A DNA stretch of 40,000 bases, taken from NCBI RefSeq assembly GCF_042854785.1, contig NZ_BAABXI010000001.1, positions 2,795,656 to 2,835,655 on the forward strand, in the 5' to 3' direction. The position numbers were made by a program, and so were the translations under genes. Numbering within the stretch: position 1 is the stretch's first letter; each line of letters starts with the position of its first letter. Under the pieces are notes generated by a model. That model worked only from the letters and a program-made list of their open reading frames with translations. It had not been told where the DNA came from and searched no databases. The stretch comes from Bacteroides sp. f07. Its GTDB lineage: Bacteria; Bacteroidota; Bacteroidia; Bacteroidales; Bacteroidaceae. Of the stretch, positions 1 through 8,764 are shown piece after piece.

Positions 1-97
1 TTGGTTTATCATAATTCACATGTTTTAATCGTTGTTTATACTAAAACAGGTGAATTGAAAAGCAGGGTGTATTAAAAATGATTTTTTTTAAAAGAAA

Positions 98-646
98 CTA
101 TAAAAAGTAGAAAAGCAGGTAATAATAATCCTTCAAATATCCGCGCAATTTACGATAGGCTATCTTCTTTTGAGAGTGTACCGTCTCTCCCGAAATATTC
201 AAAGCTTCCGCAATCTCCGGGTTGGTTTTTCCTTCAAGAGCCAGCCGCATAATGCTTTTCATCTGGGGCGGCAGCTTGTCGATAGCATCCACCAATATAC
301 GGTAGCTTTCTTCGGCGATAACTTTATCCTGAAAGAAAGAGTCTTTGCCCATTTCCATTACTTTTTGGGCATACTCGTTCATGACTTTGGTATGCTCCAA
401 CTCATTCAGGGACTTATTACGTACTGAAGTATAAAGGAAAGATTTAATCTGATGGACATACATAAAATCGTCCCGCAACTGCCACAACTTGACAAAACAT
501 TCCTGAACAATATCAGCGGCCAGCGCATCATCTTCAACATACTGATTAGCAAACATACATAGGGCTATGTAATATTTGTCAAATATAAAGCGGAACTGCG
601 CTTCATCAGTCAGTCTAATGCTTATGTTTTCAGTTGTGCGAATCAC
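98..646 (-). CDS. ECF-type RNA polymerase sigma-70 factor
   Basis: 182-aa ORF. It has a region-2-like segment (DIVQECFVKLW) and a C-terminal region-4 HTH (NPEIAEALNISGETVHSQKKIAYRKL), as in Bacteroidetes ECF sigma factors. Confidence 0.85.
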   Translation of the reverse strand: MIRTTENISIRLTDEAQFRFIFDKYYIALCMFANQYVEDDALAADIVQECFVKLWQLRDDFMYVHQIKSFLYTSVRNKSLNELEHTKVMNEYAQKVMEMGKDSFFQDKVIAEESYRILVDAIDKLPPQMKSIMRLALEGKTNPEIAEALNISGETVHSQKKIAYRKLRGYLKDYYYLLFYFL

Positions 647-712
647 GTATATCCTTTCTTTTGGTTACAAATATACCATTTGAAAATTATTTAACCAAAA
701 AAAAATGAATTA

Positions 713-1429
713 TCACAATCTTTGCCGCATTACAAAGCCCTCGAAAAAGTCATCACGATAGCTGTTGCCGATAGCAATTTCATACGATTTTATGAATATA
801 TCATTATTATCAAACGATTCAATGTGAGCGGTATTGACTATATATGACTTGTTTACCCGCAGAAAAGTGGCTTTAGGTAATAAGTCGAATATGGCTTTCA
901 GGCTCATACGGGTGATGATGCGCTGGTCGCCCAGTTGGATAATGACATAATCTTTCAGTCCTTCGATAAAGAGAATATCGGAGAAGCTGACTTTGAAATA
1001 CCGGCGTTCAGCCTTTACGAAGAAATATTCGGCGGCGACGATTGTTTCGATGGCTTCCTTTTCTTCTTTCAATAACAGGGAGTGATAGGCCAATGCTTTG
1101 TCCACTGCTTTTTGAAAACGTTCCGCTTCGACAGGTTTTATCAGATAGTCTATGGCATCCACTTCGTAGCTGTCCAGTGCATACTCCGTATAGGCAGTGG
1201 TGAAGATAACCAATGTCCGCTTTGAAATCGTCCGTGCAAATTCAATTCCCGTAATCCCCGGCATCTGAATATCCAGGAAGACTAAATCGACTCCGTGCTG
1301 CTCCATATATTCGGAAGCAGTAGCGGCACTGTTAAAGCTGCCTGCCAACTGAAGATTGCCTGTCTCTTCTATCAATAATTTCATGGCTTCGCGTGCCAAC
1401 GGTTCATCATCTACTATTATACAATTCAT
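713..1429 (-). CDS. LytTR-family two-component response regulator
   Basis: 238-aa ORF. N-terminal receiver domain (IIVDDEPLAREAM...DLVFLDIQMPGITG) and a C-terminal LytTR-type DNA-binding domain (ILFIEGLKDYV...VNKSYIVN). Its start overlaps the stop of the upstream kinase by 4 nt. Confidence 0.9.
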   Translation of the reverse strand: MNCIIVDDEPLAREAMKLLIEETGNLQLAGSFNSAATASEYMEQHGVDLVFLDIQMPGITGIEFARTISKRTLVIFTTAYTEYALDSYEVDAIDYLIKPVEAERFQKAVDKALAYHSLLLKEEKEAIETIVAAEYFFVKAERRYFKVSFSDILFIEGLKDYVIIQLGDQRIITRMSLKAIFDLLPKATFLRVNKSYIVNTAHIESFDNNDIFIKSYEIAIGNSYRDDFFEGFVMRQRL

Positions 1430-2469
1430 AATGTTATACTTAAAATTACGGAATAACGGGTTTCATCTTCTTTTAGCTCCAGTTGGTAGCAGTCGGGATA
1501 TAACAGCCCTAACCTGCGCTGAATATTCGCAAGGCCGATTCCGCCCACCTTGCCTTTGCTGACGGCAACGGACGGTTTGGAGTTCTCGCAATGAAACTCC
1601 AACCGGTTATCGTCTACTTTGAAAGAGATACGAACAGACGAAGGGTACTCGCTATCGAAACTATGTTTTACTGCATTCTCTACAAAAGGGATAAACAACA
1701 ACGGCTGAATCCAAATAGATTCAATATCCCCCTCTTGCTCCATTGTGAACCGGAAATTATCACGGCGTATCTTTTCGAGGTTCAGATAATCGTTCAGGAA
1801 ACGGATATCCGAAGCTAACGAGACTCTTTCGCGCGAACTGTCATTGATTTGATAGCGTAGCAAATCTTCGAGTTTGAACAGGACTTTGGAAGCCTCTTCC
1901 GGGTTTCTCTTTATCAGGACATTGGCGTTATTCAGCATATTGAAAAGGAAATGCGGGTTAATCTGATTTTTGAGAAACGTCAGTTCGGATTGCAAGGTGG
2001 TGGATTCCAGTTCGTCAATGCGCAGGTTGTAGCGCAGCCAATGGGTGAACAGTGATATGGCTGCCGAGCCTGCCGTAACGAAGCCCATCGTAAGTATCCC
2101 CGAGAAGGCATTGATAAATGTAGCAAATCCATCGGGATTCCTGACGGGCAGAATCACTTCAAAAAGTGCCCCCTGGGTAATCGAAAGAAAAGTGATTACC
2201 ACTAGATTCGTTAATATGGCAGCCCCGATATAACTGCCGAAACGATTCTTCAACAAGAAACGGGGTACTAATAAATACAAGTTCGCATATATCACCGCAT
2301 CCATAGACAAAAAGTAGACCAGGCATCCGACCAACCGTTTCCAAAAAGAGACGATTTGCAAAGGCTCGTACCAAAATACATTGATTGTAATCAGCAGGAC
2401 AGCCGATTGCAACAGGAGATGCCTGTGTATCCTGCAATGAGGACTTAACAGAAAAGAATTGATTGTCAT
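1426..2469 (-). CDS. LytS/YehU-type sensor histidine kinase (canonical paralog)
   Basis: Multi-TM N-terminus. H-box NQINPHFLFNMLNN, N-box FVENAVKHS, G-box GGIGLANIQRRL. I prefer the start at 2469 (MTINSF) because it forms an ATGA overlap with the stop of the upstream ORF. The track ORF extends to 2502. Confidence 0.85.
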   Translation of the reverse strand: MTINSFLLSPHCRIHRHLLLQSAVLLITINVFWYEPLQIVSFWKRLVGCLVYFLSMDAVIYANLYLLVPRFLLKNRFGSYIGAAILTNLVVITFLSITQGALFEVILPVRNPDGFATFINAFSGILTMGFVTAGSAAISLFTHWLRYNLRIDELESTTLQSELTFLKNQINPHFLFNMLNNANVLIKRNPEEASKVLFKLEDLLRYQINDSSRERVSLASDIRFLNDYLNLEKIRRDNFRFTMEQEGDIESIWIQPLLFIPFVENAVKHSFDSEYPSSVRISFKVDDNRLEFHCENSKPSVAVSKGKVGGIGLANIQRRLGLLYPDCYQLELKEDETRYSVILSITL

Positions 2470-3608
2470 GCTTCCCCCCCTTTCAGTTCCAGCCGTATGC
2501 ACTTCGTTGTCAATAACAGTTCGTAACGGTTGCCATACAGCAAGTTCAGTCTTTGCCTGATTCGCTCCAGTCCTTTGCCCGCAGAGAGGTCAAGTTCCGG
2601 ACAAATGCAAGTGAATATAACCGTGCCCCTCTCCGCTTGTAAATGGATTTTTAAGGAAACGGAAGCTGATAGTTGCCATTCGTGCAGCAACTTCACGACA
2701 TACTGCACAAAAGGGATGAAAAGCAAAGGCGGAACCAACATTCTGTTCACTTCTCCTTCCGAGGTAAGTTCATAGTTCAATCTCGCCGATGAACCCTGTT
2801 CCAATGTCAGATAATTGGTGAGGAAAGCGATTTCACTGCTAAGAAGCACTTTCTGCCGGCTACAATCATAGAGTTGGTAACGAAGCAACTGGCTCAACTT
2901 CATCAGCATTTTCGACGCCTTATCCGGCTCGCTTAATGTCAGTTCTCCCGAATGATGCAAGGTCTTGAAAAGGAGTTCCGGACTGACTTGTTCTTTCAGT
3001 TGCTCCACTTCGGAAAGCACGTGGGCTTTCTCCATTTGCGAGACGCGCTGATGGTCTATCATCCATTCTTTCAGGAGCACGGTCATCGTTCCGCCTATCA
3101 TGCAAAGCGTCGACAGTATAAAAGAAGAGATATAGTCCATTATCATCGGAACTGAAAAGTAGGCCCCCCGTGCATGGAGTTCCGGCCAGTGAGAATAAGC
3201 CAGATATTCTACTATCATCTGTATCAACAGCGCAATTATCATTGCAGCAGAGAGTAAGAATGAATAGGCGAGGTAACGCCTTTTCAGCAGGAATTTCGGG
3301 AACAGCCAAAAGAGGTTCAGACAAACGACAGCGACATAGGTGAGCAGATAGATGAAAGTAAATATATAAATCCAGGCGCCCAATATCTCCCGGTAGTCCA
3401 TAAAAAGAATAAAGACCTGATTGAAGGAAATAGTGCCCAGCACCATAATGAGCACCAGATACCGTACCCACCGGAATTCCGGACTGACGAGTAATTTATA
3501 TAAAAAGGCAGAGTCATTACCTGTTGCGATATTGCTTGTTGCGATATTGCCTGCTGCCATTGATTCGGTTGCCATACGCTTTATTGAGGGATTTATTAAG
3601 GAATACAT
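2466..3608 (-). CDS. LytS-type histidine kinase paralog with degenerate catalytic motifs (putative pseudokinase)
   Basis: 380-aa ORF that aligns with the downstream kinase. The H-box reads SPELLFKTLHH (His position is Glu) and the N-box reads FVQYVVKLL (Asn lost). TM-rich N-terminus. Confidence 0.7.
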   Translation of the reverse strand: MYSLINPSIKRMATESMAAGNIATSNIATGNDSAFLYKLLVSPEFRWVRYLVLIMVLGTISFNQVFILFMDYREILGAWIYIFTFIYLLTYVAVVCLNLFWLFPKFLLKRRYLAYSFLLSAAMIIALLIQMIVEYLAYSHWPELHARGAYFSVPMIMDYISSFILSTLCMIGGTMTVLLKEWMIDHQRVSQMEKAHVLSEVEQLKEQVSPELLFKTLHHSGELTLSEPDKASKMLMKLSQLLRYQLYDCSRQKVLLSSEIAFLTNYLTLEQGSSARLNYELTSEGEVNRMLVPPLLFIPFVQYVVKLLHEWQLSASVSLKIHLQAERGTVIFTCICPELDLSAGKGLERIRQRLNLLYGNRYELLLTTKCIRLELKGGEA

Positions 3609-3695
3609 TGTTACCGGAATCAGCTATTCCCAGCGTACACGGCTTCCCGGGCACGAAGATAAAGCTTTTTCCGGTAAGGTTTCTATACCATTTGG

Positions 3696-6050
3696 CTAAA
3701 ATTCAAGTTTATAACTCACATTTGTCAGTATCGTGGAACCGTCGCTGACATCTATCTTTCCGGTTTTCACGTTATATTCATGTCCGTAGTGTTCTTTCGC
3801 TCCGGTAAAGTTGAGTCCTTTCACGGCAAATTCATGGGATACTTTCTTCTTGTTGATGCGATAGCTGACGGTGTAGTTGCCGATAAACATGGGGGAATAT
3901 TGTTTGGAGAATGCTCTTGTTTCGTCATACTGCACTTCTTTGTCGGGGTGGTTCATCGTCGCTTCCACGTTAATCGGAGAATAGCGGTCGCCGCCTTGTA
4001 AGGTCAGCTTCAGATTGATGCTAAGGATATTCTGCTTGTTGCGTCCCAACATCCATTCTTTGCCGACAAGTCCGTTGATGACATAGTTCCGGTTGAACTT
4101 CGTGTTGTACCATTTTCCGTCTCCACCACGGTAGCGGGAATCGAACAGGGAGCCGGAAATCATGTAATAGAATCCTTTCTCCAAGAAGCGTTCGAGGGTG
4201 ATGTCGATTCCGATATTACGGCCTTTTCCTTTGTTGACGAGAGCGTCTTCCACATAGAAGTCAGAGCGGTTGAGCACGGAATAAGAGCTGTCCGCCATGA
4301 CAGGGACGTCGTGCAGGAACTGGATATACGGTTCTATTTTCAGATTCATCCGGTCGGAAATCTTGTAGCCGAAAGATAACATAATGTGCTGGGCTTTTGT
4401 GAAGTCGAGGTCTTTGTTGACAGACTTGTCGCCTGTGTTTTTCGTCTTTACAAAATAGACGTCCATTTTTTCCATGCGGCTGTACATTCCATAAGCGATG
4501 GCAAAAGTAGCTTTCGGGGTGGCTTGCCATTTCAGACCGGCACGGGGTTCGACAGACCATTTATTGTTCAGGGTCAGAAATTGTCCGTAGATGCCGGCGT
4601 TGAGAGTCCAGCGGTCGCCCAGTCCGACAGAGGAACTGTTGTAGGCGGAAATCAGGCTCGTATTGCCGTCGCCTTGGGAGACGGTTTCCAATAAATGAGC
4701 TTCATAAGGGGCGATGGCGAGGTTCATATTATAGAACATGGCGTTGTAGGTGAAGCCTGTCTTATTGGTGAACCGATTGCTGAATTTGCGGTTGAAGGTA
4801 CTGGTCAGTATCAGGTTGGTATGTTTCGATTCCAAGTCCATATAGGGAGTGGATTCCAAAGCATGGTTGAACATGGATGCCCCGCCGTCCAGTTGCGAGT
4901 AGGTGGCGGCAACGGTTGTTTTCAGTGATGCGTCGCTATTGAAGAAATAGCGGTGGCTGATTCCGCCGGCTGCCATATATTGCTTGTCGCGTGACTCGCT
5001 GCGGTCGCCAAGATACTCCCATTTCTCAGTATTCTTCTCCATGTCGCTTTTAAATTTGTCTATCAGGCTGGTTCCCCAAATGGAGAAAGTTCCGGCTTTC
5101 TGCGTCGGGAAGTTAAGTTTGAAGTTCAAGTCCTGATAGTCCATTGTTCCTCCGTCAAGATTGAGCAGTCCAGTGGTGGAGTAACGGTAGTTGAAGATAT
5201 ACGATGCTTTATGTTTCTTGCTCAAAGGGCCTTCGGAAGCGACGTCAATGCCCATGATTCCTACCTGGATGGTATTTTCATTCTTTTGGTTGTTTCCATT
5301 GCGCAGCTTCATGTCGAACACGCCGGATACGGCATTTCCATATTCCGCCGGGAAAGCTCCGGTGAAGAAATCGGAATTTCCGAGTACCTGTGAGCTAAGG
5401 GAAGAAAGGATTCCCCCGCCTAAGGTGGCAATATCCGCAAAATGATTCGGGTTAGGGATTTCTACGTCTTCCAGTCTCCATTGCAACAGATGGGGAGCAT
5501 TGCCGTGAATGGAAATCCCATTCGAGGAAACACTGGGAGCTACTCCGGCAAAAGCGGAAACCAGGCGTGCAGGGTCGTCAAATCCGCCTGCATAACGGCT
5601 TGCCTCTTCCACACTCAACATGCGTGCTCCGGTGGTAGCCATTTTGTTCATCGCCTCTTCTTTGTTTGTCCGGGCACGGACTACTACTTCGTTCAGTTCG
5701 TTCACACTCTCTTTCAGAGGTATCTCCAAGTAGATTTCTTTGGCGGAAGTCACCAATATTTCCCTGAAAACACCGGTTTCATATCCCATAAAGGCTGCCT
5801 CTACCGTATGCCGTCCGACAGGGACTTGCCGGATGGCGAAATGTCCGAGACTGTCCGTTGTCGTCCCCATTCCTTCTGTGCCTGCCAACTTCACCGTAGC
5901 ATACGGTATAGGATACTTCGAGTCTCCGTCGACTACAATCCCGCGAATCGTCTGAACGGGGCGGCTTTTCCGTTCCGATGTCTGCCCGAAAGCAGCTACG
6001 GACACCAATAAAGCAATTAATAAGAGTATCCACCCTCCATAACGATACAT
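3696..6050 (-). CDS. TonB-dependent outer-membrane receptor with N-terminal carboxypeptidase-regulatory-like domain
   Basis: The signal peptide MYRYGGWILLLIALLVSVAAFGQ begins at 6050. It is followed by IRGIVVD...YATVKL (CarbopepD_reg-like), a plug region and a C-terminal beta-barrel ending in ...SYKLEF. The track ORF continues in frame to 6173 through an HU-like 41-aa leader (see findings). Confidence 0.85.
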   Translation of the reverse strand: MYRYGGWILLLIALLVSVAAFGQTSERKSRPVQTIRGIVVDGDSKYPIPYATVKLAGTEGMGTTTDSLGHFAIRQVPVGRHTVEAAFMGYETGVFREILVTSAKEIYLEIPLKESVNELNEVVVRARTNKEEAMNKMATTGARMLSVEEASRYAGGFDDPARLVSAFAGVAPSVSSNGISIHGNAPHLLQWRLEDVEIPNPNHFADIATLGGGILSSLSSQVLGNSDFFTGAFPAEYGNAVSGVFDMKLRNGNNQKNENTIQVGIMGIDVASEGPLSKKHKASYIFNYRYSTTGLLNLDGGTMDYQDLNFKLNFPTQKAGTFSIWGTSLIDKFKSDMEKNTEKWEYLGDRSESRDKQYMAAGGISHRYFFNSDASLKTTVAATYSQLDGGASMFNHALESTPYMDLESKHTNLILTSTFNRKFSNRFTNKTGFTYNAMFYNMNLAIAPYEAHLLETVSQGDGNTSLISAYNSSSVGLGDRWTLNAGIYGQFLTLNNKWSVEPRAGLKWQATPKATFAIAYGMYSRMEKMDVYFVKTKNTGDKSVNKDLDFTKAQHIMLSFGYKISDRMNLKIEPYIQFLHDVPVMADSSYSVLNRSDFYVEDALVNKGKGRNIGIDITLERFLEKGFYYMISGSLFDSRYRGGDGKWYNTKFNRNYVINGLVGKEWMLGRNKQNILSINLKLTLQGGDRYSPINVEATMNHPDKEVQYDETRAFSKQYSPMFIGNYTVSYRINKKKVSHEFAVKGLNFTGAKEHYGHEYNVKTGKIDVSDGSTILTNVSYKLEF

Positions 6051-6344
6051 CTTCCGTGTGAGTTCTTCGCTCAACACTCTTTCCAACGTTTTAAGCACTA
6101 CCCCACATTCATCTACTGATACTCCCGAACGGGTTGCTATCTTCTCCAACAACATAGTTTTATTCATCTTCATGACTTATTCTGTTTTTTTATTTCGACA
6201 CGAAGATAAGGGACAGGACAGTGCACGTTTTTCAAATGAGACGAACGGGCTTTGTTTGTAGACAAGATATGGGATTCAGACCTACTTGTGAAACAATAAA
6301 ATTACGGTATAATTATAAAAGGTAGCAAAAAATCTACCAACCCC

Positions 6345-6374
6345 TTGCAAATAGTAGAACTTTTACTACCTTTG
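6345..6374 (+). promoter_or_regulatory. Candidate Bacteroides-type promoter for the hicA-remnant/hicB pair
   Basis: TACCTTTG at 6367-6374 matches the -7 consensus TAnnTTTG. A TTG at 6345-6347 lies 19 nt upstream. The box is 22 nt upstream of the ATG at 6396. Confidence 0.35.
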
Positions 6375-6395
6375 TTGTGTTGAAAAATAATTGAT

Positions 6396-6488
6396 ATGGT
6401 AAAGTCATCCGAATTTCATCGGCAGGGCACTAAAGAGATAGGAGAAGGATTAAGAAAGAAGATTATTAAGGATATGGAGCTTGAATAA
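6396..6488 (+). pseudogene. hicA: hicA toxin remnant (30-codon ORF, internally deleted)
   Basis: MVKSSEFHRQGTKEIGEGLRKKIIKDMELE keeps the HicA N-terminal KSSE(F/L) motif and the C-terminal KEIGxGLxKKIxKxxxL tail. It lacks the roughly 30 central residues of a normal ~60-aa HicA. It sits 53 nt upstream of hicB. Confidence 0.55.
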
Positions 6489-6541
6489 AGCTCTCTCATT
6501 TTCTACCATATATTGATTTTGATGTTATAAATTTTGCTAAC

Positions 6542-6937
6542 ATGGGAAAAATAAAGGTTACTATTGAAAAAGGCGCTGACTTATTCGGTGCATGGGCTGA
6601 AAATATTCCAGGCATTTACGGCGAAGGCAATACCGTACAAGAAACTAAAGATAATATTTTGGCAGCCGTTGAATTATACAAAAAGTATAATGATGAGATT
6701 CCTGCGGAGTTGCAAGGTGATATGGATATAGAGTGGTTTTTTGATGTACAATCTTTCTTGCAGTATTATAGCGGCATCTTTACCAAAGCTGCTTTGGAAA
6801 GAATTACAGGTATTAATCAAAAACAATTAGGTCATTATGCCTCAGGGCTTAAAAAACCACGGAGAGCACAAGTGGAAAAGATTGAAAACGCACTACGGGG
6901 ATTTATTAAAGATATGAGCATGATACACTTACTATAA
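6542..6937 (+). CDS. hicB: HicB-family antitoxin
   Basis: 131-aa ORF. The N-terminal HicB/UPF0150 fold signature is present (KVTIEKGADLFGAWAENIPGIYGEGNTVQETKDNILAAVELY), followed by a C-terminal HTH-like segment. Confidence 0.8.
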   Translation: MGKIKVTIEKGADLFGAWAENIPGIYGEGNTVQETKDNILAAVELYKKYNDEIPAELQGDMDIEWFFDVQSFLQYYSGIFTKAALERITGINQKQLGHYASGLKKPRRAQVEKIENALRGFIKDMSMIHLL

Positions 6938-6972
6938 AAGTATTTTAGTACATTTGAATGAATTGTTTAATT

Positions 6973-7004
6973 GGCTTCCAAACCTATGGAAGCCTTTTTA
7001 TTTA
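6973..7004 (+). terminator. Rho-independent terminator downstream of hicB
   Basis: GGCTTCC (6973-6979), an 8-nt loop, then GGAAGCC (6988-6994), followed by TTTTTATTTAT. Confidence 0.7.
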
Positions 7005-7136
7005 TCTCTTCACGGCACCAATAGCCAAACCTTTTCAATCCAAATGTTCTATATTTAAGATTACAGTAAAAAGCAGTTGCTCTAAAAAGAATGAAATACA
7101 GAATAAACTGTATAAATTAACGTGAGTTCGATATAA

Positions 7137-7949
7137 TCAGAACATAGCCAGTTGCCCGTCATTTACAAATTTCACCTCAATGGCGGGTTTCTTTTCAAAG
7201 AAACAATAGGCTGCTATTGCTGACAATGCATTTGCTATGAAGTTATTAAATGAACGATGTCTGGAGTGTTCAATCTGTGCAATGTTCTTCAATTCGTCAT
7301 TGACAGTTTCAATCAGAGCTCTCTTCCTAAGCAATATCTTATCAGCGATACTCATCAAGGAGTTCTTCATATTATTCTTGACCTTAGTAATCGTCTGTAT
7401 ACCATTAAGAAAGAGGTTCTCGAACAAAGTCTGACCGATATATCCCTTGTCCGCACACAATTTTCCCTTTATGTTTTCCAGAAACTTTCCTTGTTTCAAT
7501 GGTTCCCTGTCATCCACATTGCCGGGAGTAAACATAAAATTGAGAATCTCTCCTTTATCATTGATTATCAGATGCAGCTTGAATCCGAAGAACCATCCCA
7601 TAGAGCATCTTCCACGCTCGGCAAGTCCTTCGAAAGTCTTGTGAATCAATATTCGTTGGTTACGGCAGACACGGAAGGGAGTGGAATCGACAAAACTGAT
7701 ACCGGTACAACTGCCTAGCAGAACCTTTTTGATGAAAATGGTCAGAGGGAGAAGTATTTCTTTTTCCAGTTCCACAAAACGATTATAAGACACACATCGG
7801 GGAAACATTGGTATGTGAATATCCCAATTCACCACATTTGCAAGATAGTGTAGTTCATCAGGTTGTGTGAATACAGACAAATTGTTTAAGTCAATGTCTG
7901 GATTTCCAATAATGTAGTCATCCATATATTGTTTTACTTCATCTTTCAT
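7137..7949 (-). CDS. IS982-family DDE transposase (copy probably 5'-truncated or degenerate)
   Basis: The 270-aa ORF carries family motifs VSYNRFVEL, GISFVDSTP, GWFFGFKLHLIINDKGEI, NVDDREPL, ADKGY and IETVNDELKN. The N-terminal ~55 aa are shorter and more divergent than I remember for family members. I found no terminal inverted repeats by eye. Confidence 0.8.
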   Translation of the reverse strand: MKDEVKQYMDDYIIGNPDIDLNNLSVFTQPDELHYLANVVNWDIHIPMFPRCVSYNRFVELEKEILLPLTIFIKKVLLGSCTGISFVDSTPFRVCRNQRILIHKTFEGLAERGRCSMGWFFGFKLHLIINDKGEILNFMFTPGNVDDREPLKQGKFLENIKGKLCADKGYIGQTLFENLFLNGIQTITKVKNNMKNSLMSIADKILLRKRALIETVNDELKNIAQIEHSRHRSFNNFIANALSAIAAYCFFEKKPAIEVKFVNDGQLAMF

Positions 7950-7963
7950 ATTTTATTCATATT

Positions 7964-8019
7964 GACGATAATGGGTTGCAGCTTTCCGCCATTAGGCGGA
8001 ACAAGTGCTTGTTAGTAGC
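7964..8019 (-). repeat. attC-like site R1 (distal end of array, 3' of cassette 12)
   Basis: Plus strand: GACGATAATGG GTTGCAGCTTTCCGCC ATTA GGCGGAACAAGTGC TTGTTAGTAGC. Imperfect hairpin with a CCGCC/GGCGG inner stem. The outer arm TTAGTAGC pairs with GCTACTAA in R2. Confidence 0.8.
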
Positions 8020-8020
8020 A

Positions 8021-8689
8021 TCATTCCATTTTATACATTTTTTTCTCCCAACCTTTTAATTCTTGAAGAACAGGTTTAGGATTTTGCAATATCTGATTTA
8101 GAAATTCTATAAAGTTAGGTGCTAATACTTCCGTTGCAGGTGTTTCGTAATCAAAGAGGACAATTGCACCTTCTTTATTCTCATTATCTGTCAATTTAAG
8201 AGCTATCACGCCATAATCAGAATATTGACCTATCGCAAAATACCCTTTATCAAGAATTTCCTCTTGCAGTTCCTTATTATTTTCAATTAGGATTTTATTC
8301 CATGAATGAATGGGCTTTGGATATAGACGAACATCTAAATCCCAAAACATTTCATAAAAGTGTTTATATTTCAAGTAGGTCTTGTATGAAAGCGGAAGGA
8401 TAACATTTAATTTACTTTCTAATTTGGAAATATCCTCGTCTGAAATTTGATTATCTATCACTTTCCATACATGGTCTTTGTCCGTAATAATGTTCACCAT
8501 ATAATTAGTATGTTCCGGTTGAGTGACATATATCTTAACCGATTTCCCTTGAAGTATGCTATTATCTAACGAAGCCTGCATTTCAGGTTCTATGGGTTTC
8601 TCGTAAAAAGGAACATACATAAGATATTCTCTATGTTCTTTCACAAAGCCCAAGCATTCATCTACATATTTCTTTACTACTTCTTCCAT
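8021..8689 (-). CDS. Cassette 12: SMI1/KNR4 (SUKH-type) family protein, putative immunity protein
   Basis: 222-aa ORF. ISDEDISKLESKLNVILPLSYKTYLKY and a later GYFAIGQYSDYGVIALKL...GAIVLFDYE fit the SMI1/KNR4 pattern. No signal peptide. Confidence 0.65.
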   Translation of the reverse strand: MEEVVKKYVDECLGFVKEHREYLMYVPFYEKPIEPEMQASLDNSILQGKSVKIYVTQPEHTNYMVNIITDKDHVWKVIDNQISDEDISKLESKLNVILPLSYKTYLKYKHFYEMFWDLDVRLYPKPIHSWNKILIENNKELQEEILDKGYFAIGQYSDYGVIALKLTDNENKEGAIVLFDYETPATEVLAPNFIEFLNQILQNPKPVLQELKGWEKKMYKME

Positions 8690-8710
8690 ACTATTTTGTT
8701 TTTTAAATTC

Positions 8711-8764
8711 GCTACTAATTGTTTTCAGCTAATTGTTTTCAGTATTTAGTTGTTTGTTAGACCG
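8711..8764 (-). repeat. attC-like site R2 (degenerate, with 14-bp internal duplication)
   Basis: Plus strand: GCTACTAATTGTTTTCAGCTAATTGTTTTCAGTATTTAGTTGTTTGTTAGACCG. CTAATTGTTTTCAG occurs twice in tandem. The core TTGTTA contains the stop codon of cassette 11. Confidence 0.65.

Noticed and set aside
1-97. Possible start of a downstream minus-strand gene (ATG at 12-10, e.g. an anti-sigma factor after the ECF sigma).
   Set aside because: Only four codons fall inside the window, which is not enough to support a call.
3523-3552. Two tandem 15-bp units (TGTTGCGATATTGCY), encoding NIATSNIATGN in the degenerate kinase N-terminus.
   Set aside because: It is an in-frame micro-duplication in a poorly conserved cytoplasmic tail. 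Nothing in the sequence points to a function.
5442-6011. 189-aa plus-strand ORF, plus many other plus-strand ORFs inside the TonB receptor, SusC, sialidase, GT4 and RT genes.
   Set aside because: These are shadow ORFs antisense to long, motif-supported minus-strand genes. They have no motifs and a low-complexity, Arg/Ser/Cys-rich composition.
7081-7136. Search for IS982 terminal inverted repeats and target-site duplication (also in 7950-7963).
   Set aside because: I found no convincing inverted match between the two flanks by eye, so the element boundaries are left undefined.
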